Source of the DNA: an uncultured Alphaproteobacteria bacterium
Lineage (GTDB): Bacteria; Pseudomonadota; Alphaproteobacteria; Rhizobiales; Xanthobacteraceae
Assembly (NCBI GenBank): GCA_963816745.1
Contig: CAWFLQ010000003.1
Span: 304,187-368,186 of the forward strand
Direction of reading: 5' to 3'
Length of the DNA: 64,000 nucleotides
In this document: piece after piece, positions 49,596-59,408 of the stretch
Layout: each line of letters opens with the position of its first letter
How positions within the stretch are numbered: position 1 is the stretch's first letter
Translations under genes and position numbers: made by a program
Notes under the pieces: generated by a model
The model's input: the letters and a program-made list of their open reading frames with translations, nothing else
Told to the model about the DNA's origin: nothing
Database searches by the model: none

Positions 49596-50738
49596 TGCAA
49601 TCCTGGTCGCCGCAGCAGGCCGAGGCGCTGGCAGTCATCAACGATTGGCTTGATGCTCGCGATCAGCCATCATTCTATCTGGCGGGTTATGCCGGGACCG
49701 GCAAGACCACGCTGGCCAGCACAATCGCTTACCAAGTCAACACTGAAGTCTGCTTCGCCGCCTTCACCGGCAAAGCGGCGGCCGTGATGCGCGCGAAGGG
49801 CTGCGCTGGCGCAAGCACCATCAATTCGTTGATCTATCGCAGCCTGATTGAAGTCTCGTGCGCCGCCGTCCCGCCCTGCGCCAAGCCACACTGCACGGAG
49901 CGTTGTCGCCATCGTCGTGAGCAACATGTTGGCCGGGTCCTGAATGACGACAGCGCCGTCATCAAGGCCGGTTTGATTGTCATCGACGAGGTCTCCATGG
50001 TCGGGACCAAAATGGGGGCCGACCTGCTGTCATTCGGCAAGCCGATCCTGGTCCTGGGCGATCCCGCGCAATTGCCGCCGATCCACGGTGGCGGAATTCT
50101 TCACCGAGCATGAGCCCGACCTGCTGCTGACCGAAATCCACCGGCAGGCACTGCGGTCACCGATCATCCAGTTGGCGACGCGCGTCCGGGAAGGGCGGCG
50201 GTGCAGATACGGCACCTACGGCGCCAGCGCGGTCACCGACACATTCCCGGAGGTCGGTGAGATGCTGGAATTCGATCAGGTAATCTGTGGGCTAAACGCA
50301 ACGCGCCACCGATTGAACAAGCAGATGCGGCGCGTGCTTGGCTATCAAGGTCCGACGCCGCACGCGGGCGAGAAGTTAGTGTGTCTGAAAAACAATCACA
50401 AACTCGGCCTGCTTAACGGAACACTTTGGACTGCGGTCAACGCTCAGCCAGCGAGACGTGGCTTCGTCGAAATGGTGGTCAAGGACGATGACGGCTTCGA
50501 GGTCGAGGTGCTGGCGCCGGAAGCCGGCTTTTCCCAGCACAGCGGCACCGGCAACGACCTGCCCGAGCAGCCATTCGCATTCGGCTACGCGATCACCTGC
50601 CATAAGGCGCAGGGTTCGCAATGGGACTCGGTGCTGGTCATCGATGAAAGCGGCGCCTTCCGCGAGCATGCTGCGCGCTGGCTGTATACCGCACTCACCC
50701 GCGCGGCCAAGCGTGTGACGCTGGTTACAATGAGGTAA
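49595..50738 (+). pseudogene. RecD/Dda-like SF1 helicase, one apparent frameshift
   Basis: Walker A: LAGYAGTGKTT. Walker B: LIVIDEVSMV. Then LVLGDPAQLPPIHGG. The frame changes near 50088-50100 and continues FFTEHEPDLLLTEIHRQA...YAITCHKAQGSQWDSVLV..LYTALTRAAKRV. Confidence 0.75.
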
Positions 50739-50744
50739 GGCGAA

Positions 50745-53336
50745 ATGACGCATTGGGAAGACATGCAAAACGCGCGGCGGCAGTTCATCGAAGCGATGCG
50801 CAAGCGCGGCTTGGTGCTGGGGCCGCATGAAGACCTCATTGCCGATGGTCATATCCATCGCTGCGATGTGGCGGACAAGCCGGGCTCGCATGGCAAGGGT
50901 GATGGCTCCTATTGCTTCTTTGAGAACGGCAGCATTCCGGCCGGCTGGTTCTTGAATTGGACAGATGGCCGCAAGCCGGAAAGTTGGCATTACCAGGGTG
51001 GACGGCGGATCACCACCTCCGAACGAAATGCACTGGCGCGCTTGGCCAAGCAGAAACGCAAGGAATTCGCCGAGCACAGACGCAAGATCAACATGGCGGC
51101 GCGTAAGAAGGCGGTCCGACTGTGGCGCGATGCCGAGCCGGCACCCGATGACCATCCTTATTGCCGGCGCAAGAAGGTCAAGCCACATGGGCTGCGGATG
51201 CTGAATGCCGGCGACCAGCCGCTGCTGGTGCCGATGTACGACGAGCAGGGCAAGTTGCAGAACCTGCATTTCATCCATGCCAATAGAAACAAGCATCCGA
51301 ACAAGCACGGGCTCAAGGACGGCAAGGTCGCGGACGCACACTATTGGATCGCGACACCGAAGCAGGCCGACAACGCCAACACGATCTGCATCTGCGAAGG
51401 CTGGTCCACCGGCGAGAGCATCTACCAAGCGACGGGCTACGCGGTGATCATAGCATTCGGCAGCAATTTGTTGCCGGTGGCGGAATGGGTGCGCACGCGC
51501 TATCCCGAGGCGCGCCTTATCATCTGTGCCGATGACGACTGGAAGACGACGGACAACGAGGGTCGTCCGATCAATCCCGGCATTGCCGCAGCCAAGAAAG
51601 CCGCCGATGCGGTCGGCGGCTTCGTCGCCGTTCCCAAGTTCGGCGCGGATCGCCGCGAGCGGGAGACCGATTTCAACGACATGATGATCGCGGCCGGCAG
51701 CGATGCTGTGCAGCGTGTTATCGATGACGCTGCCGCCACAAGCAACATCGAGGTGGTGGCGGGTGTGTCGGATGACCAGCGGCCCAAGCATAAGCGGCCG
51801 GTGATCGAGGTGGCAGGCGGTCAGATCGCGCGCATTGTTGATGACATACAGGCGGCGCTGCTGGCGGCCCGGATGCGTATCTTCGTGCGCGGCGACATGC
51901 TGGTCGTACCGGTGACGGTCGAACGGGCGGCAGCGCATAACCGCACCACCCTCGTGACCGTGTTCAAGGCGCTGACCGAACCCAAGCTGGCGTACATGCT
52001 CAACAAGCACGCCGCTGAATTTGTGCATTATGATGGGCGCAGCAACAAATTGGTGTCCATCGATCCACCGGCCAAGGCGACGAATGCATTGCTGGCGCTG
52101 GGACAATGGCAATTCCCCGAGGTGCTCGGCATCGTCAGCGCCCCGACGCTGCGCCCGGACGGCAGCATCCTGAGCAAGTTCGGCTATGATCCGGCGACCA
52201 AGCTGTGGTGCAATTCCAAGGTCAACTTGCCGGCAATCCCGAACCGGCCGACGCGGGCGCAGGCGGAAGCCGCCCTGCAAATGCTCAAGAAGCTGTTGGA
52301 GGAATTCCCGTTCGTCAGCGAGGTCAACCGGGCGGTGGCGCTGGCGGCAATCAGCACCGCCGTGCTGCGCGGCGGTTTCGACCGGGCTCCATTGTTCGCC
52401 GTGCTGGCGCATGAGATTGGCACCGGCAAAAGCTATCTGGTCAACGTGATCGCGACCATCGTCACCGGCCGCGATTGTCCGGTGATCACCGGCAGCAAGT
52501 CATCGGAGGAGATGGAGAAGCGGCTGGGGGCGCTGCTGCTGGAGGGTACGACGTTGACCTCGCTTGACAACCTGTCGCGCGATATCGAAGGCGACCTGCT
52601 GTCGCAGATCATAACACAGGACTTCATCAAGACCCGCGTGCTCGGCAAGAGCGAGATGCCGGAATGCGTATGGTCCGGCACGCTGTTCGCGACCGGCAAC
52701 AATGTCAGGGTGGCCGGCGACATGGTCCGGCGCACCATGGTGTGCCGGCTAGATGCCGGGGTGGAGCGGCCGGAACAGCGCAAGTTCAAGTTCGATGCGA
52801 AACAACGGGCGCTGCAGAAGCGCGGGGAGATCATCGCCGCCGTGCTCACCATCGTCCGTGCCTACCTCGCCGCCGGCCGCCCGCAGGCGAAAGAAGCTAC
52901 CCCGCTGGCCGGCTTCGAACGCTGGTCGAAGCTGGTGCGCGAGCCGCTGCGGTGGCTGGGCGAGCAGGACCCGGTCAATTGCATGGAGCAGGCGCGGGTG
53001 CTCGACCCGGAACGGGCTGCGGCGCGGGAGTTGATCGGGTATTGGAAGCAGCGTTTCGGCATCGATGCAGTGATCACCGCCGCCAAGCTGGCCGAAAAAG
53101 CCAATACCCCCGGCTCCTCGCGCCCCGATCGCTACCGCTACCCGCAATTGCGGGCGCTGCTGGTGGCGCAAGCCGGCAGCCGCAGCGGCGACCGCATTGA
53201 CGTGTCCCGGCTGGGGCTTTGGCTGCAACGGATTCACGGCCGCGTTTTCGACGGATTTCGCATTGAGCGGCAGGAAACGCGGAAAGGACAAGCGAACAAC
53301 TATGTACTGAAAGCGATCAAGCCGGGACGGCAATAA
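50745..53336 (+). CDS. Toprim-domain primase fused to a P4/D5-type helicase
   Basis: Toprim motifs ICICEGWSTGESI and LIICADDD; P-loop LAHEIGTGKSY; 863 aa. Confidence 0.8.
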   Translation: MTHWEDMQNARRQFIEAMRKRGLVLGPHEDLIADGHIHRCDVADKPGSHGKGDGSYCFFENGSIPAGWFLNWTDGRKPESWHYQGGRRITTSERNALARLAKQKRKEFAEHRRKINMAARKKAVRLWRDAEPAPDDHPYCRRKKVKPHGLRMLNAGDQPLLVPMYDEQGKLQNLHFIHANRNKHPNKHGLKDGKVADAHYWIATPKQADNANTICICEGWSTGESIYQATGYAVIIAFGSNLLPVAEWVRTRYPEARLIICADDDWKTTDNEGRPINPGIAAAKKAADAVGGFVAVPKFGADRRERETDFNDMMIAAGSDAVQRVIDDAAATSNIEVVAGVSDDQRPKHKRPVIEVAGGQIARIVDDIQAALLAARMRIFVRGDMLVVPVTVERAAAHNRTTLVTVFKALTEPKLAYMLNKHAAEFVHYDGRSNKLVSIDPPAKATNALLALGQWQFPEVLGIVSAPTLRPDGSILSKFGYDPATKLWCNSKVNLPAIPNRPTRAQAEAALQMLKKLLEEFPFVSEVNRAVALAAISTAVLRGGFDRAPLFAVLAHEIGTGKSYLVNVIATIVTGRDCPVITGSKSSEEMEKRLGALLLEGTTLTSLDNLSRDIEGDLLSQIITQDFIKTRVLGKSEMPECVWSGTLFATGNNVRVAGDMVRRTMVCRLDAGVERPEQRKFKFDAKQRALQKRGEIIAAVLTIVRAYLAAGRPQAKEATPLAGFERWSKLVREPLRWLGEQDPVNCMEQARVLDPERAAARELIGYWKQRFGIDAVITAAKLAEKANTPGSSRPDRYRYPQLRALLVAQAGSRSGDRIDVSRLGLWLQRIHGRVFDGFRIERQETRKGQANNYVLKAIKPGRQ

Positions 53337-53382
53337 TGACGGATAGGGCCGAAAACAAAGGGCGGGACGAAATGCTAGGGTG

Positions 53383-54348
53383 CTAGGTGTTCAGTCCCGA
53401 AGTGAGGTGGGTTGGATCGTATCTGAATCGGCGTGGTTGGTCTGCCCAGGCTTTGCAGATGTGTTCATAGGGCGTCAGGCCCCTGAGGGTCTTTAGCCGC
53501 TTGGCGAAGTTATAGGCGTTCAGGAAGGCATCGAGGTGCTCTCGGAGCTGGCGGTGGGTCTCGTAGTGATAGCGTCGCACCGTCGCCTCCTTGAGGGTGC
53601 GGTTCATCCGCTCCACTTGGCCGTTGGTCCAAGGATGGTTTGGCTTGGTGAGGCGGTGCTCGATCCCATGCTCACGACAGGTGCGGTCGAACATATGCAG
53701 TCGATAGCGTGCGGTTGGGCCGGCGCGCCGTGACGGCATGTCGCCGAACTGCACGCCGTTGTCGGTCAGTACGGTATGAATCTTGTACGGCACGGCTTCG
53801 ACCAGGGCCTCCAGGAAGCCGGTGGCAGTCTTGACGTTGGCGACCTCGTGCAATTGGACGAAGGCGAACTTTGACGTGCGATCAACCGCGACGAAAAGAT
53901 AGAGCTTGCCCTCCTCGGTGCGAACCTCGGCGATGTCGATGTGGAAATAGCCGATTGGATACCGCTTGAAGGGCTTCTTGGCGGCCTTGTCGCCGGCGAT
54001 CTCCGGCAGCCGGCTGATGCCGTGGCGTTTGAGGCACCGATGCAGGGACGACCGAGTGAGATGAGGAATTGTTGCCTGCAACGCGTAAAGGCAGTCGTCC
54101 AATGGCAGAAGCGTATGCTTGCGGAAAGCGACAATGATTTCTTCTTCCTCTGGCGACAGGACGGTCGAACGGGGTGCTCTGGGACCCATCGGGGCGTCAT
54201 TGACGAAAGCGCGCTTGCGCCACTTCGCGACTGTCTTCCGGTTCAACCCATACCGTGTGGCCAAGTCTTTGAGCGGAGCCTTCGATCGCTGTATCGCAGC
54301 TCGGATGGCGTGCGTGGTCGTGGCGCTGCCGTGAAGTACCTGGCCCAT
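53383..54348 (-). CDS. IS481-family transposase (rve integrase core)
   Basis: HTH N-terminus (..LATRYGLNRKTVAKWRKR..); DDE core (..GYFHIDIAEV.., ..VLTDNGVQF.., ..WTNGQVERMNRTLKE..). The last codon and the TAG stop fall in the flanking target duplication. Confidence 0.9.
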   Translation of the reverse strand: MGQVLHGSATTTHAIRAAIQRSKAPLKDLATRYGLNRKTVAKWRKRAFVNDAPMGPRAPRSTVLSPEEEEIIVAFRKHTLLPLDDCLYALQATIPHLTRSSLHRCLKRHGISRLPEIAGDKAAKKPFKRYPIGYFHIDIAEVRTEEGKLYLFVAVDRTSKFAFVQLHEVANVKTATGFLEALVEAVPYKIHTVLTDNGVQFGDMPSRRAGPTARYRLHMFDRTCREHGIEHRLTKPNHPWTNGQVERMNRTLKEATVRRYHYETHRQLREHLDAFLNAYNFAKRLKTLRGLTPYEHICKAWADQPRRFRYDPTHLTSGLNT

Positions 54349-54407
54349 ATCGTCTCCCGGAATGTAGGATCAGCATGGCTGATTCCCCCACACTCCGGGA
54401 CCAGACA
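53388..54407 (-). mobile_element. IS481-family insertion sequence with a 6-bp target duplication GCTAGG
   Basis: Imperfect terminal inverted repeats: TGTTCAGTCCCGAAGTGAGGTGGG (left) and the reverse complement of CCCCCACACTCCGGGACCAGACA (right). Identical GCTAGG lies at 53382-53387 and 54408-54413, matching the NCTAGN target known for IS481. Confidence 0.85.
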
Positions 54408-54536
54408 GCTAGGGTTACTAGGGTTTCCCATACCCCAACGGAAAACTGTCAGTCTGACAATATAGCAGGTACAGGCTGAAACCCCCCAGCAGACCCTAGC
54501 ACCCTAGCACCCCGCAAACAGACATGGAAAAAGACG

Positions 54537-54926
54537 ATGATAACGAAATCCAATGTCAATGATCCGCTGGCTTCTGCTGCATGTCGGCAGGCGTGGCGGA
54601 TCGCTTGGTTGACCGAGTTGCTACTGACGGGGCATTCCCGGGCCGAGGTCCGCGATTACATGTTGCTGGATAAGCCCACGTTCGACGCCGTGCTGGGTGC
54701 AGCCGTCACCAAGGCGAGTCGAGAGGCTTCTCGGACGAGCGGTTTGACCGGATTGTTGCTGCGGGGATATTCCTGGAAGCAGGTGCGGGGGCTCATGCTG
54801 CTGGACAAGCCGGAATTCGATGAGATGTTGTTTGCCGCCGTCAACAAGGCCAAGGGCGAGGCTGAGCAGGCATTGAAGGAATGTGTGGCGATCCAGAATC
54901 GGGAAGAGGACAAGTCACCTGATTGA
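54537..54926 (+). CDS. Hypothetical protein made of two copies of a module of about 40 aa
   Basis: LTELLLTGHSRAEVRDYMLLDKPTFDAVLGAAVTKASREA is followed by LTGLLLRGYSWKQVRGLMLLDKPEFDEMLFAAVNKAKGEA. Confidence 0.5.
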   Translation: MITKSNVNDPLASAACRQAWRIAWLTELLLTGHSRAEVRDYMLLDKPTFDAVLGAAVTKASREASRTSGLTGLLLRGYSWKQVRGLMLLDKPEFDEMLFAAVNKAKGEAEQALKECVAIQNREEDKSPD

Positions 54927-55254
54927 TACAGGCGAGCATGTCCCTGGTGTCCTAGCCCCGGATTTTTGCCCCGGATTTTTGCCCCCACTCTCCCCTTGCC
55001 CTGACCGATCAAAGCAGGCCGCCGAAACGCACTGCGCAAGGCACCCTGAATCCACCCCCGAATCCCACCCCGAAACAGCCTGTTTCCGGCCCTTATTTTT
55101 AATCATCCGTTAAAAGCGAATTGACCAATTTTCCCGGCGAATCAACAGCTTGTGCCAGATCGGTTGCCTACACTTGAATCCTACTGTATGCTAGAGGCCG
55201 CTTAACGCCGGTTTTCGCTGTCTGAGGCGCAGTCGCGTTCCGACGGGTGCCGAC

Positions 55255-55833
55255 ATGGCTACACACAGCCGCAGCACCAAATCAGCACCGCAGCCGGTGC
55301 CGGCGCGTTCGGCGCGTGGCCGGGTGCGTGCGGTCCTCATTCCACGCAAAGGTCGCGGGCCACTCAAGACCAATAACGGCAAGATCATCAACAGCCGCTG
55401 CTACGACGCCAACGGCTACGGCCGGCTTGACGGCGCGAAGTGGATGCTGACTGGACGCGACCTGGATCAGCGCACGCGTGCAGCCCGGCTGTTCACCGCA
55501 CTATGCAATGACATTGCCAGCGATCTCGGTGGCCGCGACGCACTTTCGACGGTCGAGAAGGCGCTGGTCGAGGCGTTCGCCGGTGCCGCCCTGTTCATGC
55601 ACCACATCAATGCGCGGCTGCAGGCCGGCGAGAAGATCGACATTGCTGAACATACGCACGCGGTATCGTCGCTGGTGAAGGTGGCCAGCCGCATTGGCAT
55701 CGCCCGCCGAGTCAAGGACATTTCGCCGGACGATCTGGGTGTCGTCTTGCGCGCCGGCCAGCGCATGCTGGACAGCGAGCCTTTGCGTATCCGGCCACAG
55801 CGACGAGACGACGTTGCGGAGGCCGCCGAATGA
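55255..55833 (+). CDS. Hypothetical phage protein (position compatible with a small terminase or DNA-binding packaging factor)
   Basis: 192-aa ORF with a basic N-terminus. It overlaps the next ORF by 4 nt and is the first gene of the packaging-side block. The function is positional inference only. Confidence 0.45.
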   Translation: MATHSRSTKSAPQPVPARSARGRVRAVLIPRKGRGPLKTNNGKIINSRCYDANGYGRLDGAKWMLTGRDLDQRTRAARLFTALCNDIASDLGGRDALSTVEKALVEAFAGAALFMHHINARLQAGEKIDIAEHTHAVSSLVKVASRIGIARRVKDISPDDLGVVLRAGQRMLDSEPLRIRPQRRDDVAEAAE

Positions 55834-56030
55834 ACCGTCCGCTGGCCCTGACCCAAGAGCAGCTAGACCACGTCATCGATGTGGCCACGCCACTGTCGCC
55901 AATCGACCGCGAGCGACTGCTGCATGGACTGAATGATCGGCTGTTCGGCCTGGAGGACGTCGACGACGATGATGTGCGCGACGCCTTGCGCTTCGTCCTG
56001 GCCCGGATCAGCCCGGAGGCAGCGGCATGA
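55830..56030 (+). CDS. Small hypothetical phage protein
   Basis: 66 aa, with 4-nt overlaps to both neighbours. Confidence 0.45.
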   Translation: MNRPLALTQEQLDHVIDVATPLSPIDRERLLHGLNDRLFGLEDVDDDDVRDALRFVLARISPEAAA

Positions 56031-56269
56031 CGATGCACGAATGGCAGCGTGAACTGTTGGTGCAGCGCGTTCGCGAACTGAACGGCGCCAAGTTCAGCGT
56101 CAACGGCATCGACTATTACGGGGCACCCGACGCCGAGGTCAACGACCTGATCAAGACCGCGATCCGCTACATCGACATGGACATGCTGGCGGTGGCCGAG
56201 CGGTGGTGCGAGCAGGCCGAGGCGGCGCTGCTGGCGGCCTTGGCACCGTTGCGTCGGAGGCTGCCATGA
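56027..56269 (+). CDS. Small hypothetical phage protein
   Basis: 80 aa. The stop overlaps the terminase ATG (ATGA at 56266-56269). Confidence 0.45.
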   Translation: MTMHEWQRELLVQRVRELNGAKFSVNGIDYYGAPDAEVNDLIKTAIRYIDMDMLAVAERWCEQAEAALLAALAPLRRRLP

Positions 56270-57861
56270 CGCCGCAACGTGTCCGTGTCAAACAACGCGA
56301 CGAGACCGGTGGTGACGACGGTGGTGCACCGTTGCTGCGCTGGCGGCGCTGGCGCCGTGATCCGATCCGCTTCATTGAAGAAACGCTGGTCGATCCCGAG
56401 AGCGGCCAACCGTTCCACCTACTCGATGCCGAACGCGCCTTCCTTCAGCACGCCTTCCAGACCGACGCCAGCGGACGGCTGTTGTATCCGGAGCAAATCT
56501 ACAGTTGTCCCAAGAAAAGCGGCAAGACCACGCTGGGCGCTCTCATCACTATTGTGGTGGTGCTGCTGTTCGGTGGCAGTTACCCGGAGGCGACGCTGCT
56601 TGCCAACGACTTGGAGCAAAGCCGAGGCCGGGTGTTCGAAATGGTGAAGCGCATCATCGAATCGTCGCCGCACTTGAACCCGCCGCTACCAGCGCCGCCG
56701 CTGGCCAAGATCACCAACGACAGGATCACCTTCCCAACTCTCAACGCCACGATTACCCCGATCGCATCGGACGCTGGATCGGCTGCCGGTGGTGCGCAGA
56801 GCATCAGTGTGTTCGACGAACTTTGGGCCTACGTCAGCGAGCGATCACGCCGGCTGTGGGATGAAATGGTGCCGGTGCCGACCAAGCAAATCAGCCTGCG
56901 GCTGACCGTGACCTATGCCGGCTTCGAAGGCGAGAGCACGCTGTTGCAAGAGCTATACAAGCGTGGTCTGCAACAGCCGCTGGTCGGTCCCGATCTGCAT
57001 GCCGGCGACGGCATCTTGATGTTTTGGAGCCACACGCCGGTGGCGCCCTGGCAGACCGAGGCATGGCTGGCCGAGATGCGCCGCAGCCTGCGTCCCAATG
57101 CCTTCCTGCGCATGATCGAGAACAAGTTCGTCACCACCGAGTCCACGTTCGTCGATCTGGATTGGTGGGACGATTGCGTGGTGCCGACCGCCACGCCGCT
57201 GGTCGCCGACAAGTCGCTGTCGATCTGGGTCGGCATCGATGCCAGCGTGAAGCACGACTCCACCGCCATCGTCGCCGTCACCTGGGACCAGCGTGCGCAG
57301 ACCACGCGACTGGTGTTCCATCGCATTTACCAGCCCACGTCCGCCAATCCGATCGATTTCGAGCGCACGGTCGAGGCCACCGTCACCGATCTCAACCGCC
57401 GCTTTCATGTCCGCAAGGTGCTGTTCGACCCGTACCAGATGCACGCGTCCGCCCAGCGTCTCGCCAAGGCCGGCATCCCAATGGAGGAATTTCCGCAAAG
57501 CGTCCCCAATCTGACCGAGGCGTCGCAACATCTTTTCGAGCTGATCAAGGGCCGCAATTTGGTGGTCTATCCCGACGCCGACATCCGCCTTGCCGTCTCA
57601 CGTTGCGTCGCGCTGGAGACCGCGCGCGGCTGGCGCATCAGCAAGGACACACAGTCCCACCGCATCGACGTGGCGATCGCCCTGGCGATGGCGGCGCTGG
57701 CGGCGGTCAAGAGCCAAGGCGAGTCGGATTACGACCTCAGCGGCAAATGGATTGACGGCGTTGGCCTCGTCAACAAGACGAGCAAGGCGAGCCCGACCGA
57801 TACACCGTCGGTGACCGATCGACAACCTACGCCTCATGTGGGGCCGGTAGTGATTCACTAG
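56266..57861 (+). CDS. Phage terminase large subunit
   Basis: ATPase motifs YSCPKKSGKTT and SISVFDELWAY. C-terminal nuclease-like region: SIWVGIDASVKHDSTAIV..HRIDVAIALAMA. Confidence 0.75.
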   Translation: MTPQRVRVKQRDETGGDDGGAPLLRWRRWRRDPIRFIEETLVDPESGQPFHLLDAERAFLQHAFQTDASGRLLYPEQIYSCPKKSGKTTLGALITIVVVLLFGGSYPEATLLANDLEQSRGRVFEMVKRIIESSPHLNPPLPAPPLAKITNDRITFPTLNATITPIASDAGSAAGGAQSISVFDELWAYVSERSRRLWDEMVPVPTKQISLRLTVTYAGFEGESTLLQELYKRGLQQPLVGPDLHAGDGILMFWSHTPVAPWQTEAWLAEMRRSLRPNAFLRMIENKFVTTESTFVDLDWWDDCVVPTATPLVADKSLSIWVGIDASVKHDSTAIVAVTWDQRAQTTRLVFHRIYQPTSANPIDFERTVEATVTDLNRRFHVRKVLFDPYQMHASAQRLAKAGIPMEEFPQSVPNLTEASQHLFELIKGRNLVVYPDADIRLAVSRCVALETARGWRISKDTQSHRIDVAIALAMAALAAVKSQGESDYDLSGKWIDGVGLVNKTSKASPTDTPSVTDRQPTPHVGPVVIH

Positions 57862-57882
57862 ACAACCAAGGAGACCAACCAC

Positions 57883-58017
57883 ATGCGCAACCACACTGAC
57901 GATGACGATGACTACGACGAGAATGGCGTGCTCAAGGACGGCCGCAGCGTGCACGTGCCGATGCCGTTTCTGGATTCGCAGCAGCGCGAGAATGGCGTGC
58001 CAGCCAGGGCGAGTTGA
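57883..58017 (+). pseudogene. 5' stub of the gene following the terminase, cut off by the IS630 fragment
   Basis: Strong [47 protein letters not shown], then the sequence runs into IS630-derived sequence. Confidence 0.4.
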
Positions 58018-58487
58018 CCCCGGAACGCTTGGTCTTCATCGACGAAACGGGCGCGGCGACCAACATGGCACGTCGTTATGGCCGCTGCCCGCGGGGCCAG
58101 CGCCTCGTCACGAGCGTGCCATGGGGCCATTGGAAGACGACTACGTTCGTTGCGGCCCTGCGGGTCGACCAGGTCACCGCGCCATGTGTGTTCGACGGCC
58201 CTATCGATGGCGCGAGCTTCCGCGCCTATGTGGAGCAATGTCTGGTTCCAACGCTCCGCCCCGGCGACATCGTCGTGATGGACAATCTCGCCAGCCACAA
58301 GGTCGGCGGCATCAAGCAGGCGATCGAAGCGGCCGGCGCCAAACTGCGCTATCTGCCTCCCTACAGCCCCGATCTCAACCCGATCGAGCAGTTCTTCGCC
58401 AAGCTGAAAGCTCTGCTGCGAAAGGCGGCCGCCAGAACGCTCGATGCCCTCATCGCAGCAATCGCGGACGCTCTCACTAGCGCGCTC
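57998..58487 (+). mobile_element. Internal fragment of an IS630-family transposase gene (both ends missing)
   Basis: ..[64 protein letters not shown].. shows the DDE triad context. There is no N-terminal HTH part, no terminal repeats and no own stop. Confidence 0.75.
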
Positions 58488-58868
58488 GACCCCGGCTTCC
58501 ATGAGCCTGGCACCGGCATAGCGCTCGGCATCAATAAGCTCGTGTGGGAAAGCTTCAACGCGAGCGACCGGCGGGTCATCGAGGACGCAACTGCGGCCGA
58601 ATACGCGCGATCCCTGGCCGAGTTTAACGCCAACAATGCGCTGGGGCTGCGCATGTTACGTGACGAAAGCACCGTGAAGATCCTGAAGTTCGACGACGCG
58701 ATACTGAAGGAACTCTACCGCGTCAGCAAGGACGTGGTTGCAGAAGCCGGTTCCGGCGAGGATCTTTCACGGAAAATCTACGCGAGCCATCAGCAATTCC
58801 TCGCGTTGATCAAGGATTGGAGCGAAATCGCCGAAGGCGCCGTCCTGAGCAGTCGCAGGTTTGCTTAA
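58488..58868 (+). pseudogene. C-terminal fragment (about 126 codons) of a third TRAP solute-binding paralog, fused in frame to the IS630 fragment
   Basis: ..[70 protein letters not shown].. aligns with the C-termini of the two full paralogs encoded on the opposite strand. Confidence 0.7.
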
Positions 58869-59408
58869 TCGACTTATCGGTTGCCTGGTAGAACACTTTG
58901 AATGCGGTGGCTCGGTGCTACCGGATGTCCGGTCATGGCACTTCGCGTGGATTTCACAACGCTCCGCTTCTCGGTCGATGTTAGTAGCAAAGCGGACATG
59001 CACCATCCACGGTCCGATCCCCTAATCCCAGCCGCGACGTGGGCACGAGATCGCGCGGTTGACGAGCCTGCTCGCCACCATGCGCGAGGAACGTGTCGCG
59101 AGCGCCGCTGCCGATGATGGCCGCGCCCTGGCGCCGCGGAACCTGAACTAAAGGGTTGAATAGCTTGCGGCGAATAAACGCCCGGACGGCACGTTTCCGT
59201 ACCGAATTCTTTGTTCGCGCGAATTAGAATGCGCGCCATTGATCACCAATCGCTCGTGTTGCGACGGCATCAATCCCTGGAAATGTTTGAGGACTGCCGT
59301 AGCTCAGCTATCGTCATCCTTTTGGGCGAAGATTTCTATCTTGTTCTGTGTCGTTATCCGAGCGGTCCCGGCGAAGCCAAACCAGTTCGCCGACAAGGAA
59401 ATGCGCCA

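Larger units (their letters stand above)
48307..58017 (+). mobile_element. Phage/satellite-like replication and packaging module (remnant), all genes on the + strand
   Basis: Contiguous co-oriented genes: AlpA-like, Dam-type methylase, RecD-like helicase, Toprim primase-helicase, small ORFs, large terminase. No integrase, att-tRNA, portal or capsid genes are present. The right end is cut by an IS630 fragment. Confidence 0.55.

Noticed and set aside
50376-52412. 678-aa ORF on the - strand
   Set aside because: It is antisense to the Toprim primase-helicase, which carries clear catalytic motifs.
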